Positions 48,187 to 58,136 of a stretch of 64,000 bases of DNA are shown one piece after another (within the stretch, counting starts at the first letter, position 1; each line of letters begins with the position of its first letter). The position numbers were made by a program, and so were the translations under genes. The stretch is from NCBI RefSeq assembly GCF_031291095.1, contig NZ_JARLJR010000008.1; one strand, given 5' to 3'. This stretch comes from Legionella sp. Lineage in GTDB: Bacteria > Pseudomonadota > Gammaproteobacteria > Legionellales > Legionellaceae. Under the pieces are notes generated by a model, which had not been told where the DNA came from, ran no database searches, and saw only the letters and a list, made by a program, of their open reading frames with translations.

Positions 48187-49662
48187 ATGATTGATGATGT
48201 TGCCGCGAAGTATCCTTGTGATTTAATAATATTCGGTGCCTTAGGCGATTTATCCTGTCGTAAATTATTCCCCGCATTATATCAATTGGAATGTGCGCAA
48301 CTCTTACATTCAGACACGCGTATTATTGGTTGTGCTCGTGAAGATTTTGCTTTAGCAGATTTCATTCAACTTATGCAGGGAAAAATAGAGCTTTTTACTC
48401 ATGAGCATTTGGATGAGGAGGCATGGGCCCGCCTTACGCAAAGACTAATTTATTGCCATCTAGATATGGCAAAACCAGAGGATTATTTTCAATTAACGGA
48501 ATACGTTCGTCCTGCAGAACGAATAGCCATTTCTTATTTTGCAATTCCCCCTTCATTATATGCGCAAACTTGCCAGGGATTATCTACCATTGGTTTGACT
48601 AATCAACCATCGCGAGTGGTTTTAGAAAAGCCAATTGGTCATGATTTACCTTCTTCCATTGTGATTAATGATCAGGTCGCTAATTTCTTTGCCGAAGATC
48701 AAATTTATCGTATTGATCATTATCTGGGAAAGGAAACGGTTTTAAATCTTTTAGTTCTTCGCTTTGCTAATGCAATTTTTTCATCAAATTGGGATCAAGG
48801 TATGATTGAAAAAGTTGAAATATCCGTTGCTGAAGAGGTTGGTGTAGAAGGACGTTGGTCTTATTATGACAAATCGGGGCAAATGCGAGATATGCTCCAG
48901 AATCATTTACTGCAAATAGTGGCGTTGGTGGCGATGGAGCCGCCAATGAGTCTTTCTGCAGACTGTATACGCAGTGAAAAATTAAAGGTATTAAAAAGTT
49001 TGCGCTTTATTAATGATGCGCATGTTCATGAGCAAACAATACGTGCTCAATACATTAGCAATAGCATCAAGGGGCAAAAGGTACCAGGTTATTTGGATGA
49101 AGAAGGGGCCTATAAAAACTCCAAAACAGAAACTTTTGTTGCCATTAAGGCGTTTATTGATAACTGGCGCTGGTCTGGCGTTCCATTTTATTTACTCACT
49201 GGAAAACGATTACCTAAAAAACAAAGTGAAGTCGTAATCTATTTTAAGCAGCAGCCGTACAATATTTTTAAACAATTAAAACAAGAGTTATCGCCAAACC
49301 GATTGATTATCCGTTTACAGCCTGATGAAGGGGTTGAAGTGCGGATGATGAACAAAGTTCCTGGGCTTAGTGACAGTATGCAGTTACGTGACAGTAAATT
49401 AGACTTAAATTTTAACACCCAACGTATTGCTGATGCCTATGAACGTTTGTTATTGGAGGTGATGTTAGGGAATCAATACCTATTTGTCAGCCGAGAAGAG
49501 GTGGAACAAGCTTGGAAATGGATCGATAATATTAAACAGGCTTGGGAAAGACAGTCTATTCCATTATATACTTATCCCTCCGGAACTTGGGGACCTTTAG
49601 AGGTGATTCGCTTATACAATGGCAAAGCACATGTATGGGGGGAGCAAAATGCAGTTACATAG
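48187..49662 (+). CDS. zwf: Glucose-6-phosphate 1-dehydrogenase
   Basis: FGALGDL, RIDHYLGKE, DMLQNH, AYERL. Confidence 0.98.
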   Translation: MIDDVAAKYPCDLIIFGALGDLSCRKLFPALYQLECAQLLHSDTRIIGCAREDFALADFIQLMQGKIELFTHEHLDEEAWARLTQRLIYCHLDMAKPEDYFQLTEYVRPAERIAISYFAIPPSLYAQTCQGLSTIGLTNQPSRVVLEKPIGHDLPSSIVINDQVANFFAEDQIYRIDHYLGKETVLNLLVLRFANAIFSSNWDQGMIEKVEISVAEEVGVEGRWSYYDKSGQMRDMLQNHLLQIVALVAMEPPMSLSADCIRSEKLKVLKSLRFINDAHVHEQTIRAQYISNSIKGQKVPGYLDEEGAYKNSKTETFVAIKAFIDNWRWSGVPFYLLTGKRLPKKQSEVVIYFKQQPYNIFKQLKQELSPNRLIIRLQPDEGVEVRMMNKVPGLSDSMQLRDSKLDLNFNTQRIADAYERLLLEVMLGNQYLFVSREEVEQAWKWIDNIKQAWERQSIPLYTYPSGTWGPLEVIRLYNGKAHVWGEQNAVT

Positions 49663-50326
49663 TTTCGGTGATGCCGATTTATTAGTTAGTGATTTAGTAT
49701 TTCAATTAAAACGTCTCTTGCTTGATGCAATAACACAGCGAGGGCATGCTTATTTAGTGGTTTCTGGTGGTAAAACCCCTGCTGATTTGTTTCAGGCATT
49801 AGCAAAAGTTGAATTACCTTGGGATAAGGTGACTATTACTTTGGCGGATGAGCGTTGTGTACCACTTGGTGATGATAATAGTAATGAACGCATGCTGAGA
49901 CAATTGCTGCTGCAGCATGAGGCAAAAGCTGCTCATTTGGTAAGTTTATATTCTGAAACGGATCCAGATTTACACCACGTGGAGCAAGAGATTTCTGCTT
50001 TACCTACCTTTGATGTAGTAATTTTGGGGATGGGTGACGATGGGCATACTGCATCCTTATTTCCAAGTGCTGATGAATTAAACTTAGGGCTCGATGAGAA
50101 TGCTCCGGTGGTACTTTTTGTAAATCCAAAAACCACAGCTCACCAACGTGTTAGCCTATCAAAAAGAAGATTATTGGACAGTCGAGTTATATTTTTACAT
50201 TTAAAGGGGCAAAATAAGTTAGCCGTATTGCATCAAGCAATGGCACAATCCGATCCCATGATTATGCCAATTAGCGCTTTTTTAAATAGTCCCCAAGCAG
50301 ATGTACAGGTGATGTATGCACCATGA
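49649..50326 (+). CDS. pgl: 6-phosphogluconolactonase
   Basis: SGGKTP, DERCV, GMGDDGHTASLFP; ATG 49649 with GGAG RBS. Confidence 0.96.
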   Translation: MQLHSFGDADLLVSDLVFQLKRLLLDAITQRGHAYLVVSGGKTPADLFQALAKVELPWDKVTITLADERCVPLGDDNSNERMLRQLLLQHEAKAAHLVSLYSETDPDLHHVEQEISALPTFDVVILGMGDDGHTASLFPSADELNLGLDENAPVVLFVNPKTTAHQRVSLSKRRLLDSRVIFLHLKGQNKLAVLHQAMAQSDPMIMPISAFLNSPQADVQVMYAP

Positions 50327-50335
50327 GGAATTAAA

Positions 50336-52171
50336 ATGCACCCAGTAGTTGACCAAGTTACAGCCCGCATTCGTGAACGCAGTGCACGTGGCCGTGCGTT
50401 CTATCTTGAGCAGATGGAGAAGGCACGTATTCGTGGGCCTCAACGTACCATGTTGCATTGTGGCAATTTAGCACATGGTTTCGCTGCCTGTGCGCTGAAA
50501 GACAAGGCCAGTTTGAGTGGCGTGAAAAAAGCGAATATCGCCATTGTTTCTGCCTATAACGAGATGCTCTCGGCACACCAACCCTATGTGAATTATCCTG
50601 ATTTGATTAAAGAAGCAATTGCGGCAGCAGGTGGTGTTGCTCAATTTGCAGGTGGGGTTCCGGCAATGTGTGATGGAATTACTCAAGGCCAGCCAGGAAT
50701 GGAGTTGAGTTTGTTAAGCCGAGATGTGATAGCCATGTCTGCGGCAATAGCCTTATCACATAATATGTTTGATGGCGCTTTAATGTTGGGAATTTGCGAT
50801 AAAATTGTCCCAGGATTATTAATGGCGGCTTTAAGTTTCGGTCATTTACCCTTTATTTTTGTCCCTGCGGGGCCCATGCCATCAGGAATTTCGAATCAGG
50901 AAAAAGCGAGGGTTCGTCAATTATATGCTGAAGGGAAGGTAGATAAAGCGGCTTTGTTGGAAGCCGAATCTGCTTCATACCATTCTGCGGGAACCTGTAC
51001 TTTTTATGGAACAGCAAATTCAAATCAATTAGTGATTGAGGTGATGGGAATACAACTTCCAGGCTCATCCTTCATCAATCCCGGAACCCCATTACGTGAT
51101 GCTTTAACGCAAGCTGCCGCACAACAAGTGCTTGCTTTGACTGATTTAGGAGAGCAGTACTTGCCAATTGGTCAGCTAATGGATGTCAAAAATATAGTGA
51201 ATGGGATCGTTGCCCTATTAGCATCAGGGGGCTCGACCAATCATACTATGCATTTAATTGCTATTGCTGCGATGGCAGGTTATACCGTTAATTGGGATGA
51301 TTTTGCCCAGCTATCTGCAGTAATCCCATTAATCGCGAAAATTTATCCTAATGGCTCTGCTGATGTGAATCAGTTTCAACGCGCAGGTGGTTTGGCTTAT
51401 TTTATCCGTACCTTATTAGATGCCCAATTGTTGCACGCGGATGTACATACAGTAATGGGGCATGGCTTAGAGCGCTATACTCGTCAACCCATTTTAGATA
51501 ATGAACAATTGCATTGGATTGATGGGCCCCGCGTTTCAAACGACGAGGCCGTGTTAACGGCAAGTGCAACACCATTTAAAGCTCAAGGTGGTTTACAAGT
51601 ATTGAGTGGAAATCTTGGCCGCGCTGTGATTAAAACTTCTGGCCTTGCTCAGGGGAAAGATAAAATTAAAGCGCCTGCAGTAGTTTGTTCCAGCCAGGAG
51701 GAGTTTGAGCTGCTGTTTAAACAAGGAGCATTGAATAAAGACTGTGTTGTTGTCTTGCGTTTTCAAGGGCCTAAAGCTTGTGGCATGCCCGAACTGCATC
51801 AGTTAACACCGAAATTGGGTGTGTTGATGGATAAAGGATATCAAGTTGCCTTAGTTACTGACGGGCGTATGTCGGGTGCCTCAGGTAAGGTTCCCGCGGC
51901 AATTCATGTGACGCCCGAAGCTTTAGATAATGGTGTGTTGGCCCGAGTTGAAACGGGAGACATGGTTATTATTGATGCAGAACAAGGTCAGTTAGAGTTG
52001 CTTGTTAGTGAGGACGAGTTAAGTATACGTCGTGCTGCTGTAATGAATTCTGATGGGCTTTATTATGGCACCGGGCGAGAATTATTTGGTAGCTTACGTA
52101 CTCAATTTACTGGCGCAGAGCAGGGGGCCTGTAGTCTGTTTCAAGGAAGAGAGTCCGCTTATGATGTTTGA
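50336..52171 (+). CDS. edd: Phosphogluconate dehydratase
   Basis: [40 protein letters not shown]. Confidence 0.98.
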   Translation: MHPVVDQVTARIRERSARGRAFYLEQMEKARIRGPQRTMLHCGNLAHGFAACALKDKASLSGVKKANIAIVSAYNEMLSAHQPYVNYPDLIKEAIAAAGGVAQFAGGVPAMCDGITQGQPGMELSLLSRDVIAMSAAIALSHNMFDGALMLGICDKIVPGLLMAALSFGHLPFIFVPAGPMPSGISNQEKARVRQLYAEGKVDKAALLEAESASYHSAGTCTFYGTANSNQLVIEVMGIQLPGSSFINPGTPLRDALTQAAAQQVLALTDLGEQYLPIGQLMDVKNIVNGIVALLASGGSTNHTMHLIAIAAMAGYTVNWDDFAQLSAVIPLIAKIYPNGSADVNQFQRAGGLAYFIRTLLDAQLLHADVHTVMGHGLERYTRQPILDNEQLHWIDGPRVSNDEAVLTASATPFKAQGGLQVLSGNLGRAVIKTSGLAQGKDKIKAPAVVCSSQEEFELLFKQGALNKDCVVVLRFQGPKACGMPELHQLTPKLGVLMDKGYQVALVTDGRMSGASGKVPAAIHVTPEALDNGVLARVETGDMVIIDAEQGQLELLVSEDELSIRRAAVMNSDGLYYGTGRELFGSLRTQFTGAEQGACSLFQGRESAYDV

Positions 52172-53180
52172 TGAGTTTAATTTATATGCCATCGTAGCAG
52201 ATATCGGCGGAACGTTTGCCCGTTTTAGCCGTGTACGCTTGGATAACCTGGTTATCGATACAATTGAAATTTATTCCTGTGCTGAATACAGTAGTCTTGA
52301 ATCGGTATTATTAGCTTATCAACGAAAACATGGGTTAGAACACATTACTCAAGTAGCTATTGCGATTGCCTGTCCAGTGTTGGGGGATGAGATTTGTATG
52401 ACGAATGCTCATTGGCAATTTTCAATTAAAGAGCTGCAACAAAAGTTGGGTTTATCTGAACTCACGATATTAAATGATTTTAATGCCATCGCCATGAGTC
52501 TTCCTGCATTGTCTGAATACGAATTAGTGCAATTTGGCAAGGGCGTTGCGGATAAAAATAAAACGCGTGTAGTTCTTGGTGCAGGGACCGGATTGGGGGT
52601 TGCTTATTTAGTTCCCGAGAATCAGAGTTATATTGCTTATGGGGGTGAGGGTGGCCATGTAAGTTGGGGCGCAAAAACAGAGCAAGAATGGTTTATTGCC
52701 TGCTACCTCAATAAAATATATGGTCATGTTTCTTATGAGCGCCTATTATCGGGCCAGGGTTTAGAAAATTTATATCGTGCGCTGGCAGCACTGCATCAAC
52801 ATGATGAAACCGCACTGTCAGCCGCACAAATAGTTGCTTTAGCCTTAGCAGGGGAATCGGTAGTTGCTGAGGCAGCCGTAACGCAATTTTTAGCAATTTT
52901 AGGCGCTTATGCAGGCGATTTGGCGTTAATCTTTGCTGCTTTTGGTGGTGTTTATATCGCTGGCGGTATTGCTCCACGTTTACTTCCATTATTGAATCGT
53001 AGTGATTTTAGAATTCGGTTTGAAGAAAAAGGACGTTTCAGTAGTTTTAATGCGCAAATACCTACTTATGTAATTACTGCAAAACAGCCCGGGATATTAG
53101 GAGCTTCAGTACACTTGAGGCAGCGTTTACAACATCAGATTGAACGGGTACGAAAAGGAGACCTAGATGTCATTTTCTAA
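52161..53180 (+). CDS. glk: Glucokinase
   Basis: [35 protein letters not shown]; likely start 52161. Confidence 0.96.
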   Translation: MMFDEFNLYAIVADIGGTFARFSRVRLDNLVIDTIEIYSCAEYSSLESVLLAYQRKHGLEHITQVAIAIACPVLGDEICMTNAHWQFSIKELQQKLGLSELTILNDFNAIAMSLPALSEYELVQFGKGVADKNKTRVVLGAGTGLGVAYLVPENQSYIAYGGEGGHVSWGAKTEQEWFIACYLNKIYGHVSYERLLSGQGLENLYRALAALHQHDETALSAAQIVALALAGESVVAEAAVTQFLAILGAYAGDLALIFAAFGGVYIAGGIAPRLLPLLNRSDFRIRFEEKGRFSSFNAQIPTYVITAKQPGILGASVHLRQRLQHQIERVRKGDLDVIF

Positions 53181-53820
53181 TTGGGTTGTGCAAGCAGAGA
53201 CGGTGTTTTGTTCTTCACCGGTAATTCCGGTGATTCAAATTAAAGAGATCGATCAAGCTATCCCCTTAGCTACTGCATTATTTGCTGGGGGAATTAATGC
53301 CCTGGAAATCACCTTAAGAACGCCAATAGCTCTGGAGGCTGTGCGTTTATTAGTGCAGACTTTTCCAGAGGCGCTGATTGGTGTAGGTACCGTTGCTACA
53401 CCGGAACATCTAGAACAAGCTATGGAAATGGGGGCAAAATTTGCCTTTAGCCCAGGTTCTACTCAAGATTTATTAAGAGCAGGGCTTAACGGTAAGATTC
53501 CTTTTATTCCTGGAATTACTAGTGTTTCCGAACTTATGGAAGGATTGGCTTTAGGTTATACCCATTTTAAGTTTTTCCCTGCGGTTGCTGCAGGCGGAAC
53601 TCCTATGCTGCGCTCATTTTATGGCCCTTTTCCGCAAGCACGATTTTGTGCAACGGGGGGGATTAATGAGTCAAATTTTGCCGATTACTTAGAACTACCT
53701 AATGTAACTTGTGTTGGTGGCTCATGGATTGTTCCGGATGAGGCAATTAAGAAAAATGATTGGTCATTAATAACCGAGTTATGCTTTTCTACACGACAAG
53801 GGATGCGTAGCTGGAGCTAG
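53167..53820 (+). CDS. eda: KDPG/KHG aldolase
   Basis: LEITLRT, GVGTV, FKFFPA, TGGI, GGSW. Confidence 0.97.
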   Translation: MSFSNWVVQAETVFCSSPVIPVIQIKEIDQAIPLATALFAGGINALEITLRTPIALEAVRLLVQTFPEALIGVGTVATPEHLEQAMEMGAKFAFSPGSTQDLLRAGLNGKIPFIPGITSVSELMEGLALGYTHFKFFPAVAAGGTPMLRSFYGPFPQARFCATGGINESNFADYLELPNVTCVGGSWIVPDEAIKKNDWSLITELCFSTRQGMRSWS

Positions 53821-53862
53821 GCCTGGCTTATTACATCAAGAATTAAGATTCAAGGAGGAATA

Positions 53863-55272
53863 ATGACTTGGATGGTTGCAGCTATTGGCTCAGTCGCGGG
53901 TTTTTTATTTGGTTATGATGAGGGAATTATTGCTGGTTCTTTAGGATTGGTCAAAAATCATTTTGCGTTAACGGCAACCGATATTGGCGTGATGGCGGCT
54001 GCTTTACCGTTTGGGGCATTGGTGGGGGCCATCCTGATTGGGATGGTTCTTGCCTCAAAGGGGGTTAAACGTTTTGGGCGTCGTACTCTCTTGTCTTTTT
54101 CTGGTGGTTTATTTTTTTGTGGAGCACTCGGTGCCGGCTTCGCTAATTCGATTACGATACTAGAGCTGTCGCGATTAATTCTTGGTTTAGCGATTGGGGT
54201 TGCTTCCGTAATGGCCCCTTTATATTTAGCAGAAACCGCCCCGTTAAACAAACGAGGGGCTGTAGTTGCTATTTACCAATTGGCATTGACGGTAGGGATA
54301 GTTTGCTCCTATTCAGTTAATTACCTATTGATGGAAAATCAAGCCTGGCGTGTTATGTTTGCTTCAAGCGCACTGCCTGCTTTAGTTTTAGGCCTGGGGA
54401 TTTTATTCATGCCGGAATCTCCTCGATGGTTATGTAGTGTTGGTCGACGTGATGCGGCAAACAAAGCCTTAAAAAAATTACGTAAAGATCAGTTTATTGA
54501 ACAGGAGTTGCGTGATATTGAAGCGACCTTAGCCCATGAGCCTAAGCAAGGGAGTTGGCGCTTGCTGTTTAAGAAACCCCTATTGCCGGTATTAATGTTA
54601 GGTACTCTATTATTTTGTTTGCAACAGTTAAGTGGTATCAACGTAGTTATTTATTTTGCACCAGAAATTTTTAAGAATTTGGGATTAAGTAGTACGTTAG
54701 GGCAAATATTAGCGACGCTTGGAATCGGTCTTGTTAATTTACTTGTTACCCTATTAGCAATTCTCTGGGTTGATAAAATTGGACGTCGTAAGCTATTGCT
54801 TCTAGGCTTTATGGGAACAGGGGCGAGTTTACTTGCGTTAAGCCTGTTTTCATTAAACCAGGTAGCATGGCTTCCTTATTTATCGATGATTTGCCTTACG
54901 GTTTATATTTTTTCATTTGCGATCAGTGTTGGGCCGATTCCTCATATTGCTATGGCAGAAATTTTCCCTTTACATGTCCGCGGAGCAGGGATGGGGTTAT
55001 CGGCAATGAGTAATTGGACATTTAATACGGTAGTTATTTTTAGTTTTCCATTATTGAATAAAGCGTTGGGTATTGAGTTCACGTTTGCTCTATATGGAGT
55101 TATCTGCTTTTTGGGATTCATTTATAGCTATTTTTATATGCCTGAAACCAAAAATATTAGCTTGGAACAGATAGAAAACTATGTAATGGAAGGTAAGCCT
55201 TTGCGTTTGTTGGGTATAGAAGAAACATTAGATAACGACTCAAAAGATGCTTCAGTGTTAGCGCCGAGCTAA
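53863..55272 (+). CDS. MFS sugar porter (glucose/xylose:H+ symporter)
   Basis: FLFGYDEG, FGRR, PESPRWL, QQLSGINVVIYF, DKIGRR, PETKN. Confidence 0.95.
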   Translation: MTWMVAAIGSVAGFLFGYDEGIIAGSLGLVKNHFALTATDIGVMAAALPFGALVGAILIGMVLASKGVKRFGRRTLLSFSGGLFFCGALGAGFANSITILELSRLILGLAIGVASVMAPLYLAETAPLNKRGAVVAIYQLALTVGIVCSYSVNYLLMENQAWRVMFASSALPALVLGLGILFMPESPRWLCSVGRRDAANKALKKLRKDQFIEQELRDIEATLAHEPKQGSWRLLFKKPLLPVLMLGTLLFCLQQLSGINVVIYFAPEIFKNLGLSSTLGQILATLGIGLVNLLVTLLAILWVDKIGRRKLLLLGFMGTGASLLALSLFSLNQVAWLPYLSMICLTVYIFSFAISVGPIPHIAMAEIFPLHVRGAGMGLSAMSNWTFNTVVIFSFPLLNKALGIEFTFALYGVICFLGFIYSYFYMPETKNISLEQIENYVMEGKPLRLLGIEETLDNDSKDASVLAPS

Positions 55273-55338
55273 CAACACCCGTCCAATTGATGATTAAATA
55301 TCTGCCTTATGGCATTAGGAGTTGCACGAGCTTTGTTT

Positions 55339-55362
55339 GCTGGGCTTTTCAGCCCAGCCTAC
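55339..55362 (-). repeat. GTAG-tagged REP-like palindrome, GCTGGG family
   Basis: Minus GTAGGCTGGGCTGAAAAGCCCAGC between convergent genes. Confidence 0.8.
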
Positions 55363-55391
55363 GCGTTACTGTACCTGATGGCATTAACAGT

Positions 55392-55679
55392 CTATTTACT
55401 CATCATATTTCTAATTAAACCAACAATGGCGGTTAAAATACCACCACTAACCAGGCCGGCACCGCCATCACCCAAAATAGCCCCAAGAGTGGTATCTGCT
55501 ATGCCTAGATGATTGAGTAGCTGTACTCCTTGCAATATATAGCCACCTAATGCCCCACCGACTAAACCCGCAATTGTGTTACCAATTGTACCGAGGCTTA
55601 AATTTTTTAACCCCGCTCCAGTTGCATTACCACCAATAGCGCCGCCAATTAAACTGCTTGCTAGTCCTATAATGTCCAT
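55392..55679 (-). CDS. Small glycine-rich membrane protein (GlsB/YeaQ/YmgE-like glycine zipper)
   Basis: ATG 55679 with AGGAG RBS; LIGGAIGG, GNTIAGLVGGALGG, GGILTAIVG. Confidence 0.75.
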   Translation of the reverse strand: MDIIGLASSLIGGAIGGNATGAGLKNLSLGTIGNTIAGLVGGALGGYILQGVQLLNHLGIADTTLGAILGDGGAGLVSGGILTAIVGLIRNMMSK

Positions 55680-55828
55680 TGCAATACTCCTGTTGGCCTG
55701 AAAGATAATTAAAAGCTCTAACATGAAGAATATTGCCATCAATTTTTCAGGTTGGCCATTTTAATTACCAGCATGGTTAGCTTCCATATAAGTAATTATT
55801 GGATCGCAAATTGCGATCGTCAAATGAT

Positions 55829-55847
55829 CATAATGATTTGCATTTGC
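55829..55847. promoter_or_regulatory. Candidate Fur box
   Basis: Minus GCAAATGCAAATCATTATG matches 14/19 of GATAATGATAATCATTATC; next to a perfect GATCGCAA-A-TTGCGATC palindrome. Confidence 0.35.
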
Positions 55848-56001
55848 TCTTTTTGGCGGGGGAGCTAATTAATGCTAGAGAATTAGCTTGAGGAGAAAAT
55901 CAAAGAAAAATAAATTCAAGTAATTAGAGGCATTCAATTGTGTTTTTGGCTGCTCGTAATTCAAAGGGTGTCATGATAAAATTATTTTTTGACCATATAG
56001 G

Positions 56002-58080
56002 TTGTTAAATATGCATGTTAAAAGCGAACTTTCCAAATATCCATTATATTTGGAGAAAAAAGAACAGCAGAAAAATGCACCTCCTCAACCCAAAACTAAA
56101 AAACAACTCCTCATCGACGAATATTGCTCTAATGCTAATTTAAGCTTGGATATGCGTATTGTGTTTTTAAATAATGCGCAATCCAAAAAGAAGATAGATG
56201 GCAATGATTTATGCGTCATTTTAGAAAAGACCCCAAAAAAAATGCGTTTGGCGGTAATTGAATCACAAATCAATTTGATTAGTACGATTGTACAGTTGGC
56301 CCAATTAGCACTGATTCTTCAAGATGACGCACTTGAATTTATCCAAAAGGTTCGCAAATTAAACCCTAACCTTATTAGGAGCAACCAAAGTTTAGCATTG
56401 GTACTCAAAGGCATCAGTACAGTGTCTTTGCGAATCAAATTAGTTCAAGAGATTGATTTTCGTTCTTTTGGGCTGGATGATAATTTTGCATTGGTTTTAG
56501 CTACGCTTCCTCCTGACATTCGCTTGGCTTTGACGATCGAAAAACTAACTTTGCTCCCCATACTCTGTGGCTCGGTAAATGCCTTAAGATTAATCTTACA
56601 ACAACTACCTTATGATCTTTTTTATCAGCATGACTGTGTGGACGAAGGAGAGGGCTTTAAGTTAATTCCAATTAAGGCAGCAAATATACTTGCAAGTCAA
56701 GATTCATTTGACGATTTACCTGACCCCAACACGCTGGCTACTATATTTTCCGATCTGGCTCCACAACTGAACGCTGGGGAGGGGCAAGAGATTGAAATAA
56801 AAAGCCCTGTGAGAATGGGGGCACGGACAGAAACACAATCACATAATGTTGAATATATGCAAGCTAGAACATTTTATCCCTGGCATATTAGAGAACGACA
56901 ATTCAGGTTTATTAACTATTTAATGAGGATAAATCCAGAAATGGGCCGAAATCCTAAGTACATAATTTGCCTGCTGGAATGGCTCTGTGAAAAAGGGAGG
57001 GAAGCTTTTCTTAATAAAATCAATAGCAATTATTCTGGGCTTATTAAGGACTGTGATGACTTAATTATTGCATTAGGATTGACTCCCAAAGCTGAGCGGG
57101 AAGCGTTGGCTTTTGAAAAATCAGCATTGATTCGTATTGGACGACATTGTATTGTCGTAGCCGAAACGTTACCCCAAAAGAGAAGATTGCCCTTTGTCCA
57201 TCAATTATTAGATGAAAAATCTGAGTGTTTTAGTGGATTCTATGAATTAATGATGCTGTTGTACGTCTTTGATGATAAACAGGCTCGTATTGAGTTAGCA
57301 AGCAAAATTATTAAAGCTCGATCATCCATCGTCACTACAGAGGCGCAAGTGGATGAGCTTTGCCAGCTGTTATTACTTACGGGGAGTGAGCGTGATCACT
57401 GGCTTAAAGAAATTAACAAAACAGAATATACCCTAATTAAAACGATAACCCAATTTAAACAAAAATGGCCAACAATAGACAAGACTCTGCGTTTGCCTGA
57501 ATTGAAACAATTTATGCAAAATTATCCTGAGCAAATAACAGATTTATCGCAATTGATTTTTCTTCTACGAGCGTTTGATGAGGAAGAGCATATTGAATTC
57601 GTTTTGTTTCTTGTTGGTACTTGGTCAATACTACTGGTTAAAAACATTTCTGACTTAAATGATTTCTTTTTTAGGATGCCAGAACGAGTACAATATAGTG
57701 CATTCGAAGGCTTGTTGTCTCATCATTCTATGTTTCTTCCGGATTGGAATAGGGCTTATCTTTTTTTTACATCAATGGCGCAAACAGTTCGTTTTAACGC
57801 TCTAATTCGCCTCATTGAGGTGAATCCGAAGTTATTTAACAATATGAGCTTAATACAAGCAAAAGAACTATTATCTCAGCTTCCTTGTGAACAACGTGGT
57901 GAAGCCTCCCAAGTATTATTAGCAATTCCTGGGAGCTTGCTACCAAATCTTTTGACGGAATTAAACGCTTTTCTTCAAGAGTCCAATGCTATAGGTCAGG
58001 CGCATCGTTTTTTTAGATACGAAAATGTGAGCAATCAAATTGATCAACCGGCTCAAACGAAGAGTTGTCGTCATCGGTGA
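56002..58080 (+). CDS. Hypothetical alpha-helical repeat protein; effector candidate
   Basis: 692 aa; recurring L..(V/I)L..LP...R units; no signal peptide; C-terminal HRFF then polar tail. Confidence 0.75.
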   Translation: MLNMHVKSELSKYPLYLEKKEQQKNAPPQPKTKKQLLIDEYCSNANLSLDMRIVFLNNAQSKKKIDGNDLCVILEKTPKKMRLAVIESQINLISTIVQLAQLALILQDDALEFIQKVRKLNPNLIRSNQSLALVLKGISTVSLRIKLVQEIDFRSFGLDDNFALVLATLPPDIRLALTIEKLTLLPILCGSVNALRLILQQLPYDLFYQHDCVDEGEGFKLIPIKAANILASQDSFDDLPDPNTLATIFSDLAPQLNAGEGQEIEIKSPVRMGARTETQSHNVEYMQARTFYPWHIRERQFRFINYLMRINPEMGRNPKYIICLLEWLCEKGREAFLNKINSNYSGLIKDCDDLIIALGLTPKAEREALAFEKSALIRIGRHCIVVAETLPQKRRLPFVHQLLDEKSECFSGFYELMMLLYVFDDKQARIELASKIIKARSSIVTTEAQVDELCQLLLLTGSERDHWLKEINKTEYTLIKTITQFKQKWPTIDKTLRLPELKQFMQNYPEQITDLSQLIFLLRAFDEEEHIEFVLFLVGTWSILLVKNISDLNDFFFRMPERVQYSAFEGLLSHHSMFLPDWNRAYLFFTSMAQTVRFNALIRLIEVNPKLFNNMSLIQAKELLSQLPCEQRGEASQVLLAIPGSLLPNLLTELNAFLQESNAIGQAHRFFRYENVSNQIDQPAQTKSCRHR

Positions 58081-58091
58081 TGTAGGTAAAT

Positions 58092-58117
58092 GTTTGCTGG
58101 GCCACAACAGCCCAGCT
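58092..58117. repeat. GCTGGG-family REP-like hairpin
   Basis: GTTTGCTGGGC-CACAACA-GCCCAGC between convergent genes. Confidence 0.7.
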
Positions 58118-58136
58118 TATGTTTAGGTGACAAATT

